Assembly: GCA_963640685.1 (NCBI GenBank)
Contig: CAVIAA010000002.1
Span: forward strand, 9,079-73,078
Reading direction: 5' to 3'
Length of the DNA stretch: 64,000 nucleotides
DNA from: Acutalibacteraceae bacterium
Lineage (GTDB): Bacteria; Bacillota; Clostridia; Christensenellales; CAG-138
The position numbers and the translations under genes are program-made. The notes beneath the pieces were generated by a model. That model did not search any database, was not told the origin of the DNA, and saw only the letters and a program-made list of their open reading frames with translations. Below, in pieces: positions 36,730 to 47,016 of this stretch (its first letter is position 1; every line of letters begins with the position of its first letter).

Positions 36730-38001
36730 ATGCATCCATTGACAAAGCTGATAAAAGATGACATGAAGCCGGCACTTGGCGTAACGGAGCCGGGAGCTAT
36801 CGCCTTTGCGGCGGCAAAGGCACGTTCGTATGTACAGGGTGAGATCGAGAGCATAACCGTCAGCATGAACAGCGGAATGTACAAAAACGCTTTCACCTGC
36901 GGAATACCCAACAGTACGCATGTCGGCGGGGCATACGCAGCGGCGCTCGGCGCAATAGCGGGAGACGCACAAAGAGGGCTTGAGGCTCTCGGCAGCATAA
37001 CCCGCGAGGACGACGCAGCGGCGGATGAGCTGATAAAAAACGGCAGAGTAAAGGCAGACGTCAGCGAGATAACCAGCCGCATATTCATCGACGTAACGGT
37101 ATGCTCTGCACAGGACGAGGCGGAGGTGACCATACGGGACAGCCATACCAACATAGTGCGCATACGACACAACGGCAAAACCGTGTTTGAAAAGCAGGAA
37201 ACGGCAGCAAGGACTGAAACGGAGGAGCTGCCCGATATACACCGACATACCCTCAAAGAGCTTTACGACTACGCCGTAAGCGTAGATGCGGAGGAGATAG
37301 CGTTTATTAACGAGGCGTTCAGCACCAATATGGCACTTTTTGATGAGGGGCTGGCGAGCGAGAGAACGGTATTTTTGCACAGGCTCCTCGATGAAAACGG
37401 CGGGCTGGTAATATCCGATGACGTGCAAAAGACCGCCTCGCTGCTATGCAACGGCGCGATAGAGGCTAGGGTGATAGGCCTGAGCAGGCCGGCAATGAGC
37501 ATAACCGGCTCCGGCGCGCACGGTATAATCGCTACAATGCCGCTGTATGCCGAGGCTAAGGTAAAGGGAATAGCAGATGAAGCGCTGCTGAGGGCAACGG
37601 CGCTGAGCTATCTCGTGTGCATGTACATAAAAGAATATTCGGGAAAGCTATCTGCATTCTGCGGCTGCGCAATAGCCGCGGGAACCGGTATGGCCTGCGG
37701 CCTTGCCCTGCTGCGCGGGGCGGAGGAAAGCGTACTGCCGGCGGTGATAAGGAACCTTGCCGCCAGCATAACCGGAATGATATGCGACGGAGGCAATCAG
37801 GGCTGCGCAATGAAGGGCATAGTGGCGGTGGACGCGGCATACAGGGCGGTAGCGCTTGCAATGGGCGGCGCCGCCATAGCGCCGGTACACGGCATATGTG
37901 CCGACACGCCGGAGCAGACGATGAAAAACATGGGACTTATCGCCTCGCCCGGCATGGTTGGCACAGAAAAGACCATGATAGACATATTGCGGGAAAGATA
38001 A
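36730..38001 (+). CDS. L-cysteine desulfidase family protein (UPF0597 / YhaM-like, serine dehydratase alpha-like)
   Basis: N-terminus LIKDDMKPALGVTEPGAIAFAAAKA and the CDGGNQGCAMKG motif region are typical of the YhaM/CdsB family. Confidence 0.8.
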   Translation: MHPLTKLIKDDMKPALGVTEPGAIAFAAAKARSYVQGEIESITVSMNSGMYKNAFTCGIPNSTHVGGAYAAALGAIAGDAQRGLEALGSITREDDAAADELIKNGRVKADVSEITSRIFIDVTVCSAQDEAEVTIRDSHTNIVRIRHNGKTVFEKQETAARTETEELPDIHRHTLKELYDYAVSVDAEEIAFINEAFSTNMALFDEGLASERTVFLHRLLDENGGLVISDDVQKTASLLCNGAIEARVIGLSRPAMSITGSGAHGIIATMPLYAEAKVKGIADEALLRATALSYLVCMYIKEYSGKLSAFCGCAIAAGTGMACGLALLRGAEESVLPAVIRNLAASITGMICDGGNQGCAMKGIVAVDAAYRAVALAMGGAAIAPVHGICADTPEQTMKNMGLIASPGMVGTEKTMIDILRER

Positions 38002-38008
38002 GACGAAC

Positions 38009-38818
38009 TTAAGCAGCTTTTTGCCTGCCGTTAACGTCGATTATCGTATCGCCGTCCAGCTTCAGCTCGCTTACGGTAACGAACTCGTAGCCCTGATCCT
38101 GTGCCGCCTTTATCAGCGGCGGGAGGTATTGCTCTATGCCGTAGCCGTTGTTGTGGCATAGTACTACGCAGCCGGGCTCCAGCTTTGGTATAACCGATTC
38201 AAGTATGGTCTGCGGGCTGCGCTCCTCCTTCCAGTCAACGGTATCGATGCTCCACTGCCAAATCTCATACCCCAGCTCTCGCGCTGTGGTTATGACGGTG
38301 TCGTTGTATTCTCCGTATGGGCAGCGGAAGGCGGTTGTGCGCTTGCCGAGCAGCTTTTCTATCGTGTCGTCAAATTTTTCCAGCTCTTTGCGTATTTCTG
38401 CCGCGGTAAGCTGGCTCATGTGCGGATGGGTGGAGGAGTGGTTTCCAATCTCGTTGCCGCGGGCGGCGATCTCCTTTACCTTATCGGGGTACTTATCCGC
38501 CCAGAAGCCGCACAGGAAGAACGTGGCATGGATGCCGTATTTGTCCAGTGTATCCAGTATAAAGTCCGTCTTATCCGCTTCCCATGCAGCGTCGATGGTC
38601 AGGGCTATCTTCTTGTCGCTGCGCTCCACGCTGTATATGGGAAGCTCGTGCTTCCTGCCGGCAAGCACCTCCAGCTCGTATTCCTCCACGCGGCGGAGGC
38701 TCCCTGCTGCCGCGGCATCGGGCGAAAAGCTGAGGTAAACTATCACCGCTGCGGCTATAAGCGCAAGTATGACTGCGGCCGTGATAAGCGTGCGCTTTGT
38801 GATGACGAGTATTTTCAT
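38009..38818 (-). CDS. Polysaccharide deacetylase family protein (PdaB-like, sporulation-associated type)
   Basis: N-terminal TM anchor, then NodB motifs (TIDAAWE, HATFFLCG, IGNHSSTHPHM). Confidence 0.85.
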   Translation of the reverse strand: MKILVITKRTLITAAVILALIAAAVIVYLSFSPDAAAAGSLRRVEEYELEVLAGRKHELPIYSVERSDKKIALTIDAAWEADKTDFILDTLDKYGIHATFFLCGFWADKYPDKVKEIAARGNEIGNHSSTHPHMSQLTAAEIRKELEKFDDTIEKLLGKRTTAFRCPYGEYNDTVITTARELGYEIWQWSIDTVDWKEERSPQTILESVIPKLEPGCVVLCHNNGYGIEQYLPPLIKAAQDQGYEFVTVSELKLDGDTIIDVNGRQKAA

Positions 38819-38933
38819 TTATACACCTCCAGTTGGGTATGTTGGCCTTGCAGTTAAATATATGCTCCGATAGAGAAGAATTTGACGGCCGGCCGCAGCT
38901 GCTGGTACAATAGGTGCGAGGGGATGTGACGAT

Positions 38934-39554
38934 ATGCCGTTTTATGAGGATAAGCACGAGTTCCTCGTGATGAGGAACCTGTATGACGCGGCCGTAAGGC
39001 AGCTTACGCTCAAGTTTGAAATACTCAACAACGAATTTAGCGTACTTTATGCGCGCAATCCCATACACCACATAGAGGGCAGGGTAAAATCGCCCGAGAG
39101 CATTGAAGCAAAGCTGCTGAAGAAGGGTCTGCCGGTAACGATAGAGTCGGCGGTTAAAAATGTGAACGATATCGCCGGCGTAAGGGTCGTCTGTAATTAT
39201 ATCGACGACGTTTACCGCGTTGCAGGCATGATGGAGAGGCAGAAGGATCTCGATATAATCAAACGTCAGGATTACATAAAGACACCAAATTATAATGGTT
39301 ACAGGTCACTGCATCTGGATATTATGATGCCCGTGTACTTATCGGACAGAACAGAGCACGTCACCGCTGAAATACAGATACGGACCATAGCAATGGACTT
39401 TTGGGCAAGCCTTGAGCATGATATACGCTATAAGGCGGATAAATCAAGGCTGCCGCATGGAATAAACGAGGAAATGCTGGAGTGCGCGGGCAGAATAGCC
39501 GAAATAGACCTTAAGATGCAGGATATGTACAAACGGATCAAGGAAGCGGAATAG
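38934..39554 (+). CDS. Small alarmone synthetase (RelA/SpoT-domain GTP pyrophosphokinase, RelQ/YjbM type)
   Basis: 206 aa. HIEGRVKSPESIEAKLLKKG, DIAGVRVVC, GYRSLHL and EIQIRTIAMDFWASLEH are (p)ppGpp synthetase motifs. Confidence 0.88.
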   Translation: MPFYEDKHEFLVMRNLYDAAVRQLTLKFEILNNEFSVLYARNPIHHIEGRVKSPESIEAKLLKKGLPVTIESAVKNVNDIAGVRVVCNYIDDVYRVAGMMERQKDLDIIKRQDYIKTPNYNGYRSLHLDIMMPVYLSDRTEHVTAEIQIRTIAMDFWASLEHDIRYKADKSRLPHGINEEMLECAGRIAEIDLKMQDMYKRIKEAE

Positions 39555-39571
39555 CAAAAACAAAAAAAGCA

Positions 39572-39600
39572 GCGCTAAAGCTGCTTTTTATGTTAACCGA
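39572..39600. terminator. Bidirectional terminator between the alarmone synthetase gene and hup
   Basis: AAAAAAA-GCAGC-loop-GCTGC-TTTTT between convergent genes. Confidence 0.7.
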
Positions 39601-39609
39601 AATAACGGC

Positions 39610-39882
39610 TTAGTTGAGGGCTTCCTTGAGAGCCTTGCCGGCCTTGAAGGCAGGGGACTTAGTGGCGGCGATCTCGATCTCGGCGCCGGTCATGGGGTTG
39701 TGGCCCTTGTGAGCTGGGCGCTCGCGTACTTCAAAGCCGCCGAAGCCGACTATCTGCACCTTATCGCCGTTTACGAGAGCGTTGGTGATGGTTTCGAAGG
39801 TGGCGAGAACTACGCCCTCAGCTTCCTTTTTGGAGATGGAGCATTTGCTGGCTACGGCAGCGATGAGTTCAGTCTTATTCAT
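39610..39882 (-). CDS. hup: DNA-binding protein HU
   Basis: [11 protein letters not shown]...[20 protein letters not shown] is the canonical HU sequence. Confidence 0.95.
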   Translation of the reverse strand: MNKTELIAAVASKCSISKKEAEGVVLATFETITNALVNGDKVQIVGFGGFEVRERPAHKGHNPMTGAEIEIAATKSPAFKAGKALKEALN

Positions 39883-39942
39883 TCTTAATATATCCTCCTA
39901 TTATGTTTGGCCTTAGTATGCCGCACAGCGCGGACCTCTACA

Positions 39943-39971
39943 ATTATACTCAGCTTGCGCTGTAAACGCAA
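39943..39971 (-). promoter_or_regulatory. Sigma-A type promoter candidate for hup
   Basis: On the minus strand: TTGCGT (39971-39966), 17-nt spacer, TATAAT (39948-39943). Confidence 0.6.
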
Positions 39972-40004
39972 GAAGAAAAATCAAAAAATGCCTGATTTTC
40001 TAAT

Positions 40005-41447
40005 TTATTTTAATACTTTCTTTGCGCTGTCCCAATACTTGTCCATTTCGCACAGGGACATGCCCTCAATTGAGAGCCCATCACTTAGTATAAGCTCCTC
40101 CATTACCCGGAAGCGATTCATAAATTTGTCAGTCGCAGAATTCAGCAGCATCTCGGGATCGCGCTTCAGCAGCCTTGCAACGTTCACCGCAGCAAAGAAT
40201 ACGTCGCCCAGCTCCTCGTCTATATGGCTGTCGTCGCATTCCGACATTGCCTCGGAAAGCTCGCTTAACTCCTCCGGGAGCTTATACATCGCCTCGTATG
40301 CATCGTCCCAATCAAAACCGGCATTCGCAGCCTTTTTTTGTATTTTTGCCGCGCGCATAAGGGCAGGGAAGGCTTTTGGAACCGCCTCCATCGTTGCATA
40401 GTAGCTATTCTGGTGCTTTTCCTGCTTTTTCAGCTTTTCCCAGTTGGAAAGCACCTGCTCCGGCGTGTCTGCGGTGGCTGTGCCGAAAACGTGTGGGTGG
40501 CGGTATATCATTTTGTTTATTATGCCGCTCGTAACGTCCCTCAACGTAAAGGAGGACTGCTCCTCCTCTATCAGGGTGTGCATACCGACGTGGAGCAGTA
40601 TATCCCCAAGCTCCTCGCATAGCGCAAACGGGTCGCCGCTGTCTATTGCGTCCAGCACCTCGTAGGCTTCCTCAATAAAGCTTGAACGCAGGGACTCGTG
40701 CGTCTGCTTCGCATCCCAAGGGCAGCCACCGGGGGCTCTCAGCCGCCGCAAAACCGCCATAAGTCCGTCCATGCTGCCGCGAGTCAGCACCTCCTGGCTT
40801 GGTGCCGGCGGAACTATACAGCAGGTGGAATCGCGATATTCGCCCTGCCTGTCCAGCTCATAGAGCGGTATGCTACTTGCGGCGTATGTACCGTCCGAGC
40901 TCATATCACAGATGTATACATGATATTCGTCGGGGTAGTATTCGAGCAGCGCCAGCTTTACGTCACCCGCGCAGAGCGCCGTGTCCATCTCCTCAATGCA
41001 GAGCGGAATAAACGGGTCGATGGGGCTCGGCAGTGAATTTGCGGCGCATATCACCCGCCTGTCCGGCAGGGTAAAGGGAAGCGCGGCTATTGCGCCATCG
41101 CAGTAGCCGATGCCGGGCAGCACATGCAGCGAAACGCCGGCTTCCTTTGCTGCGGAGCGTATGGCGGAGAGCTGTCCCTCGCCTATGCCCCTGCCGGATA
41201 CGGCGTATACCGCATCGCAGCCGCACATCAGCCTTTTTGCGATGGCCTCGTTCAGCTCGTCGTAATCAAGGCAGCAGTCGTAAAGGTCGTCCATCGAGGT
41301 ATGGCAAAGCCCCTGCTCGATTATCCATTCGGCACATGGCGCCTTTTCCGTCTGCAAAAACAGCTTTTGCGCTCTTAAAACCGCCTTTTTTGAAGCATCG
41401 GTGATACATCCCGGTATGGACAGCGGGGCAATCGTCAGCTTAGTCAT
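40005..41447 (-). CDS. Bifunctional tetrapyrrole-methylase-like / MazG nucleotide pyrophosphohydrolase (YabN)
   Basis: N-terminal TP_methylase-like domain plus a tandem MazG domain (CPWDAKQTHESL, EEAYEVLDAI, EELGDVFF). 480 aa, like B. subtilis YabN. Confidence 0.88.
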   Translation of the reverse strand: MTKLTIAPLSIPGCITDASKKAVLRAQKLFLQTEKAPCAEWIIEQGLCHTSMDDLYDCCLDYDELNEAIAKRLMCGCDAVYAVSGRGIGEGQLSAIRSAAKEAGVSLHVLPGIGYCDGAIAALPFTLPDRRVICAANSLPSPIDPFIPLCIEEMDTALCAGDVKLALLEYYPDEYHVYICDMSSDGTYAASSIPLYELDRQGEYRDSTCCIVPPAPSQEVLTRGSMDGLMAVLRRLRAPGGCPWDAKQTHESLRSSFIEEAYEVLDAIDSGDPFALCEELGDILLHVGMHTLIEEEQSSFTLRDVTSGIINKMIYRHPHVFGTATADTPEQVLSNWEKLKKQEKHQNSYYATMEAVPKAFPALMRAAKIQKKAANAGFDWDDAYEAMYKLPEELSELSEAMSECDDSHIDEELGDVFFAAVNVARLLKRDPEMLLNSATDKFMNRFRVMEELILSDGLSIEGMSLCEMDKYWDSAKKVLK

Positions 41448-41468
41448 TATAGTACGCTCCTTCTAAGG

Positions 41469-43064
41469 TCACTTGTTGTTGTAAATGAGCTTTTTCAGCT
41501 TCCCGCCGCCGGGTATGTAGCTCAGCTCGTCTACGCTGAACATCTTGAGGTATATCGCCAGCACGCCGTATACGCATACGCCGAGGGCAACGGAGAGCAA
41601 TACGCCTATGGTAACGTGTCCGAGCTTATCCATAAACGAGAAGCACATGTATACCATAACACCCATCACGGCGGAGGAAAGCACCGGCTTTAGTACTACA
41701 TCCCAAAGGTTTAGGGAGATGCGGGCGCGGCGGATGGCATATGCGGTGTCCGCAATGCCGGCAAATGCATAGCACATGACGGTGGAGACCGCGGCGCCCT
41801 GTATGTTTATCGATGGGATATTCGTAAGCACCAGCAGCGCTGCGACCTTGACTATAAACCCTATAAACAGGTTGAAGAGCGGAACGTTTGGCTTGCCGAG
41901 CCCCTGAATGACCCCTGTCATGGCCTGAACGAGCGACAGGAATATCACGCCGATAGAGGCGGTGTGCATAAGGTCGGCAGCGAGAGTCAGCTGCGCCTCG
42001 GTGAGCTTTGGGTAAAGCATAGCCAGTATGGGCCGCGCCAGCACAAAGAGACCGACGGCACAGGGCAGGCCGATTATGAGCGCAAGCTTCATACCGAGGC
42101 GGGCCACGGTCTGAGTGCTGAGCTTATCCCTTCGGGCACAGCTTGCAGATATCGCGGGCACGAGGCTCATGGCAAGCGCCATGGTCAGCACGCCGGGCAT
42201 GTTGGTGAGTGTTGTAACGTTGGAGCGCAGCAGGGAATACGCTGTCTGCGCCGTATCGCGCGAGTAGCCGAGATTCAGCAGTATGCTGATTATCATTGCG
42301 CTGTCCACAATGCCGGAGAGAGAGCTTATAGAAGCCCCGAGCGTTATGGGCACGGCCAGCAGTATCAGGTTCTTTGTTATCGGCGCCGGTGCGTACGGCA
42401 TGCTCTGCTCCATGCGCCGCTTTATTGTGGGACGGTAGCGGTTGTATACCAGCACTATGGTTATAAGCGCCATAAGCTCGGATATCGTAACGCCTATGAG
42501 CGCGCCCATTGCGGCATATTCGGGTCCCTTGGGGAGCAGCTTTATTGCGAGGGTAAGCCCTATGCCGAGCTTGCCTATCTGCTCAACTATCTGCGAGAGG
42601 GCGGTGCCGGTCATGCGCTGCATACCCTGAAGGTAGCCCCTGTATGCGCACATTATCGAAACCAGCAGCAGCGCGGGAGAAAGCACCTTAAAGGAAAGGT
42701 GCGCCTCGGGCTGTGAGGAGAGGGCGGAAAGACTGTCCGAGCCGAAGAACATCAGCAGCCCCGTAAAGAGGCCGAGGAACACGAGCAGCCTGAGCGCGGT
42801 TTTGAATACCCTGTGTGCGCCGCGGTAATCCCCTGCGGTGACCCGCTCAGATACCATCTTTGATATCGCGGTCGGCAGTCCGGATGAGGATATCACAAGC
42901 AGGCCGGAGTAGTAGGGGTATACCACTTCGTAGTAGCTCATGCCTATTGGGCCTATGGCGTTGTTGAGCGGGATGCGGAACACCGCGCCAATTATCTTGA
43001 CCAGTATTCCGGCTATGCCGAGCACGGCCGCGCCCCGCACGAAGGAGGTCTTTTTCGTTTCCAT
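41469..43064 (-). CDS. MOP-superfamily flippase (SpoVB/YabM-like polysaccharide biosynthesis protein)
   Basis: 531 aa, about 14 TM segments, N-terminus RGAAVLGIAGILVKIIGAVFRIPL. Sits upstream of yabN, as in the Bacillus yabM-yabN arrangement. Confidence 0.8.
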   Translation of the reverse strand: METKKTSFVRGAAVLGIAGILVKIIGAVFRIPLNNAIGPIGMSYYEVVYPYYSGLLVISSSGLPTAISKMVSERVTAGDYRGAHRVFKTALRLLVFLGLFTGLLMFFGSDSLSALSSQPEAHLSFKVLSPALLLVSIMCAYRGYLQGMQRMTGTALSQIVEQIGKLGIGLTLAIKLLPKGPEYAAMGALIGVTISELMALITIVLVYNRYRPTIKRRMEQSMPYAPAPITKNLILLAVPITLGASISSLSGIVDSAMIISILLNLGYSRDTAQTAYSLLRSNVTTLTNMPGVLTMALAMSLVPAISASCARRDKLSTQTVARLGMKLALIIGLPCAVGLFVLARPILAMLYPKLTEAQLTLAADLMHTASIGVIFLSLVQAMTGVIQGLGKPNVPLFNLFIGFIVKVAALLVLTNIPSINIQGAAVSTVMCYAFAGIADTAYAIRRARISLNLWDVVLKPVLSSAVMGVMVYMCFSFMDKLGHVTIGVLLSVALGVCVYGVLAIYLKMFSVDELSYIPGGGKLKKLIYNNK

Positions 43065-43279
43065 ATATTAAGCAGCAATTCTCCGTCTGTTTTTCTCCGG
43101 GGCAAACGACGGCCCCGGCACATGTTTATTTATTATATCAGATTTACGGCTTTCTGCATGACAAAATGATGCTGAAACAAAAAGTTTTCAATCGGTGCGT
43201 GTTAATTGCCGGATAGATATAGTATAATTACACTCAAATGGGATATGGACTTTTTGATTAAAGATCGGAGGAATGCCTG

Positions 43280-44941
43280 ATGGAGCTTAATATAGACGGA
43301 AGAGTATGTGAACTGGAAAACGGCAAGCAGATACTCGATGCCATCAAAAAGGCTGGTATGGACAGCATAATGCTCTCCGAGAGGCCGCTTGCGGCTCAGA
43401 TAGGCGGTGAGGTCTTCAGCCTGCGATATGTTCCTAAAAAGGATGCCGAAATACACCTTCTTCGCTACGGCGAGGATATGGGCAGACGGGTATACGAGCG
43501 CACGCTGCAGTTTCTGTTTATATTGGCGATGAGAAGGGAGTTCCCGAAGGCCAGAGTATGCGTGAGGTTTTCTTTGGGCCCCGGGCTGTTTATAACGATA
43601 GAGGGGATGGAACAGCCCTTCAACGAGGAAGCCGTGCTGAGGGTGGAGAGCGACATGCGCCGCCTTGTTCGGCTAAAGCTGCCGCTTGAGCGCAAGCGCA
43701 TATCCATAAATGAAGCGCTGGAGTTCTATGAAAAGGACGGCCAGCAGGACAAGGCAGAGCTGCTCAAGTGGCGCAGGTTCATTTATTTTGACGTTTACCA
43801 GGCAAACGGTTATATGGACTACTTTTACGGCGAAATGGCGCCTGATACATCATATACCGACGTGTTCAGACTGAAGTACGTAAAGGACGGCGCCGTGGTT
43901 CTGCTCATGCCGCGCGGCGACGCGCCGGATGTCCCTTCGGACTACGTCAGCCTTCCAAAGCTGCAGGCCGTGTTTCAGCAGAGCGATGAATGGGGCAAGC
44001 TGATGGAATGTGCCACGATAAACGACCTCAATACCCATATACAAAATGGCAGCGTTCGGGAGCTTGTTCGAATAAACGAGGCGCTGCATGACAGAGGATA
44101 TGCCGATATAGCGGACAAAATACTGAGCCGCGGGGCAAAGGCGGTGCTGGTGGCGGGCCCTTCCTCCTCCGGCAAGACCACGTCAGCCCATAGGCTATCC
44201 ACTCAGCTGCGGCTCCACGGCTGTCATCCCGTGATGCTTTCGCTTGATGACTACTACATCGACAGGGATAAAATAGCCCGCGATGAAAACGGTGAGCTGG
44301 ACTTGGAAAACATAAACACGCTGGATATCCCGCGCTTCGGCAGCGACCTTGCGGCGCTTATGCGGGGCGAGGAGGTGGAGGTGCCGAGGTTTGATTTCAC
44401 GACCGGAAAGCGCGCCGCAGGCGGCAGGCTGCTTCGGCTCAACGATGACCAGCCGGTAATAATCGAAGGTATACACGGCCTGAACCCAATGCTGCTCACG
44501 CCGGATGTCGATGAAAGCAGGGTATTCAGGGTATACGTCAGCGCGCTGACTACGCTCAATCTGGATGATCACAACAGGATACGCACCACGGATATACGGA
44601 TACTCCGCCGGCTGGTGCGGGATTACATGACGAGAAACGCCTCGATGGAGCATACGCTCAGCATGTGGGCAAGCGTTCGCCGCGGCGAGGAAAAGTGGAT
44701 ATTCCCTTATCAGGAAAATGCCGATGCGATGTTCAACACAACGCTTTTGTACGAGGTCGCCGTGCTGAAAAAGTATGTTTATCCTCTCCTTGAGGAAGTA
44801 CCCAAGGACAGCAGGTATTACGCTATGGCGAGGGAGATAGTAAAGCTGCTGAACTATGTTCTGGATGCGGACATAGAGGACGAAATACCGCCTACATCGA
44901 TAGTGAGGGAGTTTATAGGCGGAAATACCTACTATAGATAA
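43280..44941 (+). CDS. TGS/ThrRS-SAD-like N-terminal domains fused to a uridine kinase/PRK-family P-loop kinase
   Basis: N-terminal beta-grasp-like segment MELNIDGRVCELENGKQILDAIKK. Walker A is VAGPSSSGKTT, and the C-terminal half is uridine-kinase-like (IIEGIHGLNP). Confidence 0.75.
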   Translation: MELNIDGRVCELENGKQILDAIKKAGMDSIMLSERPLAAQIGGEVFSLRYVPKKDAEIHLLRYGEDMGRRVYERTLQFLFILAMRREFPKARVCVRFSLGPGLFITIEGMEQPFNEEAVLRVESDMRRLVRLKLPLERKRISINEALEFYEKDGQQDKAELLKWRRFIYFDVYQANGYMDYFYGEMAPDTSYTDVFRLKYVKDGAVVLLMPRGDAPDVPSDYVSLPKLQAVFQQSDEWGKLMECATINDLNTHIQNGSVRELVRINEALHDRGYADIADKILSRGAKAVLVAGPSSSGKTTSAHRLSTQLRLHGCHPVMLSLDDYYIDRDKIARDENGELDLENINTLDIPRFGSDLAALMRGEEVEVPRFDFTTGKRAAGGRLLRLNDDQPVIIEGIHGLNPMLLTPDVDESRVFRVYVSALTTLNLDDHNRIRTTDIRILRRLVRDYMTRNASMEHTLSMWASVRRGEEKWIFPYQENADAMFNTTLLYEVAVLKKYVYPLLEEVPKDSRYYAMAREIVKLLNYVLDADIEDEIPPTSIVREFIGGNTYYR

Positions 44942-45002
44942 AGCGCGAAGCAGCTTGAACGCGTAGAGCAAAGGATGATCACAATAACGGAGAAGCGGGC
45001 AA

Positions 45003-46631
45003 ATGGCCAACAGGAAAGATAAGGACAATGAGCTCAAACTGCCGGGGTATATGAGCGGCAAGCCGAAGGCTGCGCCGCAGCCGAGGCGGCAGGCGGAGCA
45101 GAAAAATAATAAAAAAGTAAAGCGGGAGCGAACGCAGCCGGAGCAGAGGCAGGTGCAGAAGCAGAGCAGGCCTAAAAAGCGCGTAAACCTAAAGAGGCTG
45201 ATGACCATATCGGCGCTGTTTGTGCTCATTGCCGTGGGCGGCATCGCGTTGCTTAAAAACACCGGCGGTGAGCAGCTTGTAATAGGGCAGGAGCAGTATC
45301 TGCCGGAGGGCGTGTCCGTCATGGGCATAGATGTCGGCGGAATGTCGAGATCCGCAGCAAAGAGCGCGGTAGCAAAAAAAGCAGATGAAATAATGACGTC
45401 GGCCTGCGTTGTGCTCAAATGCGGCGGCGAGGAATACCGCATAACGGGCGAGGATATAAACCTCTCCTGTGATGTTGAAAGCGCAGTTCAGCGCGCGATG
45501 GCATATGTGCCGGATGAAAGCGGTGTGGTGGATGTTACCGCAAGCGGCGAGCCGGGGCAGATAAACGACATATTCACCTGGAACGAGACGACGCTCAAGA
45601 TGAAGCTGGAGGACATTGCAGACGAATTTAACGTTGAGCCGACTGAGGCGGAGGCATCTCCTATGCAAAACGCGGACGGAAGCATATCCGTGAGCTTTAA
45701 GGAGGGCAAAAACGGCCGGGAGCTGGACGTTCAGAAAAACCTGAGCAACATAGAAAAACAGTTTGCATCCGGCAGCTTTTCCTTTGATATGGATGTGGAG
45801 TACAGTACCGTTTCCCCGTCCCTTACGGCGGCGGACCTTCAGGGGGATTTCGGCAAACGCTCGGAATACACCACCGAGTATTATGTAAGCACTACCGACG
45901 AGGTGAACCAGAACCGCGTGTACAATATAGAAAGGGCGGCGGGGCTGATAAACGGCGTAACCGTTGCGGCGGGCGAGGAATGGAGCTTTAACGGCTTTGT
46001 CGGCCCGCGAACCTACGAAACCGGCTGGAAGGGCGCAAACGGCATTGCGGACGGCAAGGGGTACAGCATACAGGCCGGAGGCGGAATATGTCAGGTCAGC
46101 ACGACGCTTTATAATGCGCTGCTCTGCGGCAATATAACCATAACCGAGCGCCGCTCGCACAGCATACCCTCGTCATATGTGCCGAAGGGGTTGGATGCAA
46201 CGGTGGATTCCATAACAAATAAGGATCTGAAGTTTAGAAACGATACCGGCGGCCCGGTGTTTATATTTGCACATATCGGCGCCGGGTCCGATGAAAAGCA
46301 TAACGCGATCACCGTTGAGATATATGGGATACGGCTGGAGGAGGGCGTGACCTACTCGACCCGCAGCGAGATAATCGAGACCATACGCCGAAAAAACGTA
46401 AAGTATACCGACGACGACACCATACCGAGGGGCTATAAGATAGTCACTACCGAGCGGAGAGACGGGTACAAGGCGGAGGCGTATCAGGATAAGTATGTAA
46501 ACGGCGTGCTGGAGGAGAGCAAGCTGCTGTATACCGATACCTACAACGGCAACGACGAGGAGGCGCGCAGGGGAACGGCCAGCCCGAAGTATTACCAGCC
46601 GCCGGAGGGCGCAGTGAAGATAGAGGACTGA
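45003..46631 (+). CDS. VanW-family protein with N-terminal membrane anchor and C-terminal G5-like domain
   Basis: Basic N-terminus plus a TM helix. VanW core: GEEWSFNGFVGPRT...GGGICQVSTTLYNA. G5-like tail: IPRGYKIVTTERRDGYKAEAY. Confidence 0.8.
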   Translation: MANRKDKDNELKLPGYMSGKPKAAPQPRRQAEQKNNKKVKRERTQPEQRQVQKQSRPKKRVNLKRLMTISALFVLIAVGGIALLKNTGGEQLVIGQEQYLPEGVSVMGIDVGGMSRSAAKSAVAKKADEIMTSACVVLKCGGEEYRITGEDINLSCDVESAVQRAMAYVPDESGVVDVTASGEPGQINDIFTWNETTLKMKLEDIADEFNVEPTEAEASPMQNADGSISVSFKEGKNGRELDVQKNLSNIEKQFASGSFSFDMDVEYSTVSPSLTAADLQGDFGKRSEYTTEYYVSTTDEVNQNRVYNIERAAGLINGVTVAAGEEWSFNGFVGPRTYETGWKGANGIADGKGYSIQAGGGICQVSTTLYNALLCGNITITERRSHSIPSSYVPKGLDATVDSITNKDLKFRNDTGGPVFIFAHIGAGSDEKHNAITVEIYGIRLEEGVTYSTRSEIIETIRRKNVKYTDDDTIPRGYKIVTTERRDGYKAEAYQDKYVNGVLEESKLLYTDTYNGNDEEARRGTASPKYYQPPEGAVKIED

Positions 46632-46678
46632 TATTTACAGCCATAAACAACAAAGATAATTGCAGAGGAGAGAAAAGT

Positions 46679-46957
46679 ATGCTTATTTTAACGGTCAGCT
46701 ACAAGCTCAAGGATGGTAAACGGGATGAATTTATCGAGCGGCTGCTCAATGAAAAGATAGCGGAGCAGACCCAAGCGGAGGACGGCTGCATAAGGTACGA
46801 GTATTTTATGCCGGTAGGCAAGGAAGACGAGCTGTTTTTGCTTGAAGTATGGGAAAACAGAGAAAAGCAGCAGGCGCATCTGCAAAGCGGCCACATGAAA
46901 ACAATGCAGCAGTTTAAGGGCGATTACGTTCAAAGCACAGAGCTCTCGCAGCTCTGA
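46679..46957 (+). CDS. Antibiotic biosynthesis monooxygenase (ABM) domain protein
   Basis: 92 aa. The ferredoxin-like ABM pattern is C(I)RYEYF...ELFLLEVWENREKQQAHLQSGHM. Confidence 0.75.
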   Translation: MLILTVSYKLKDGKRDEFIERLLNEKIAEQTQAEDGCIRYEYFMPVGKEDELFLLEVWENREKQQAHLQSGHMKTMQQFKGDYVQSTELSQL

Positions 46958-47016
46958 AGCGGCACTTCTATGGCGGCAGGCACACGACCAGACTTTACCA
47001 CTTCGGAGGTATAAAA

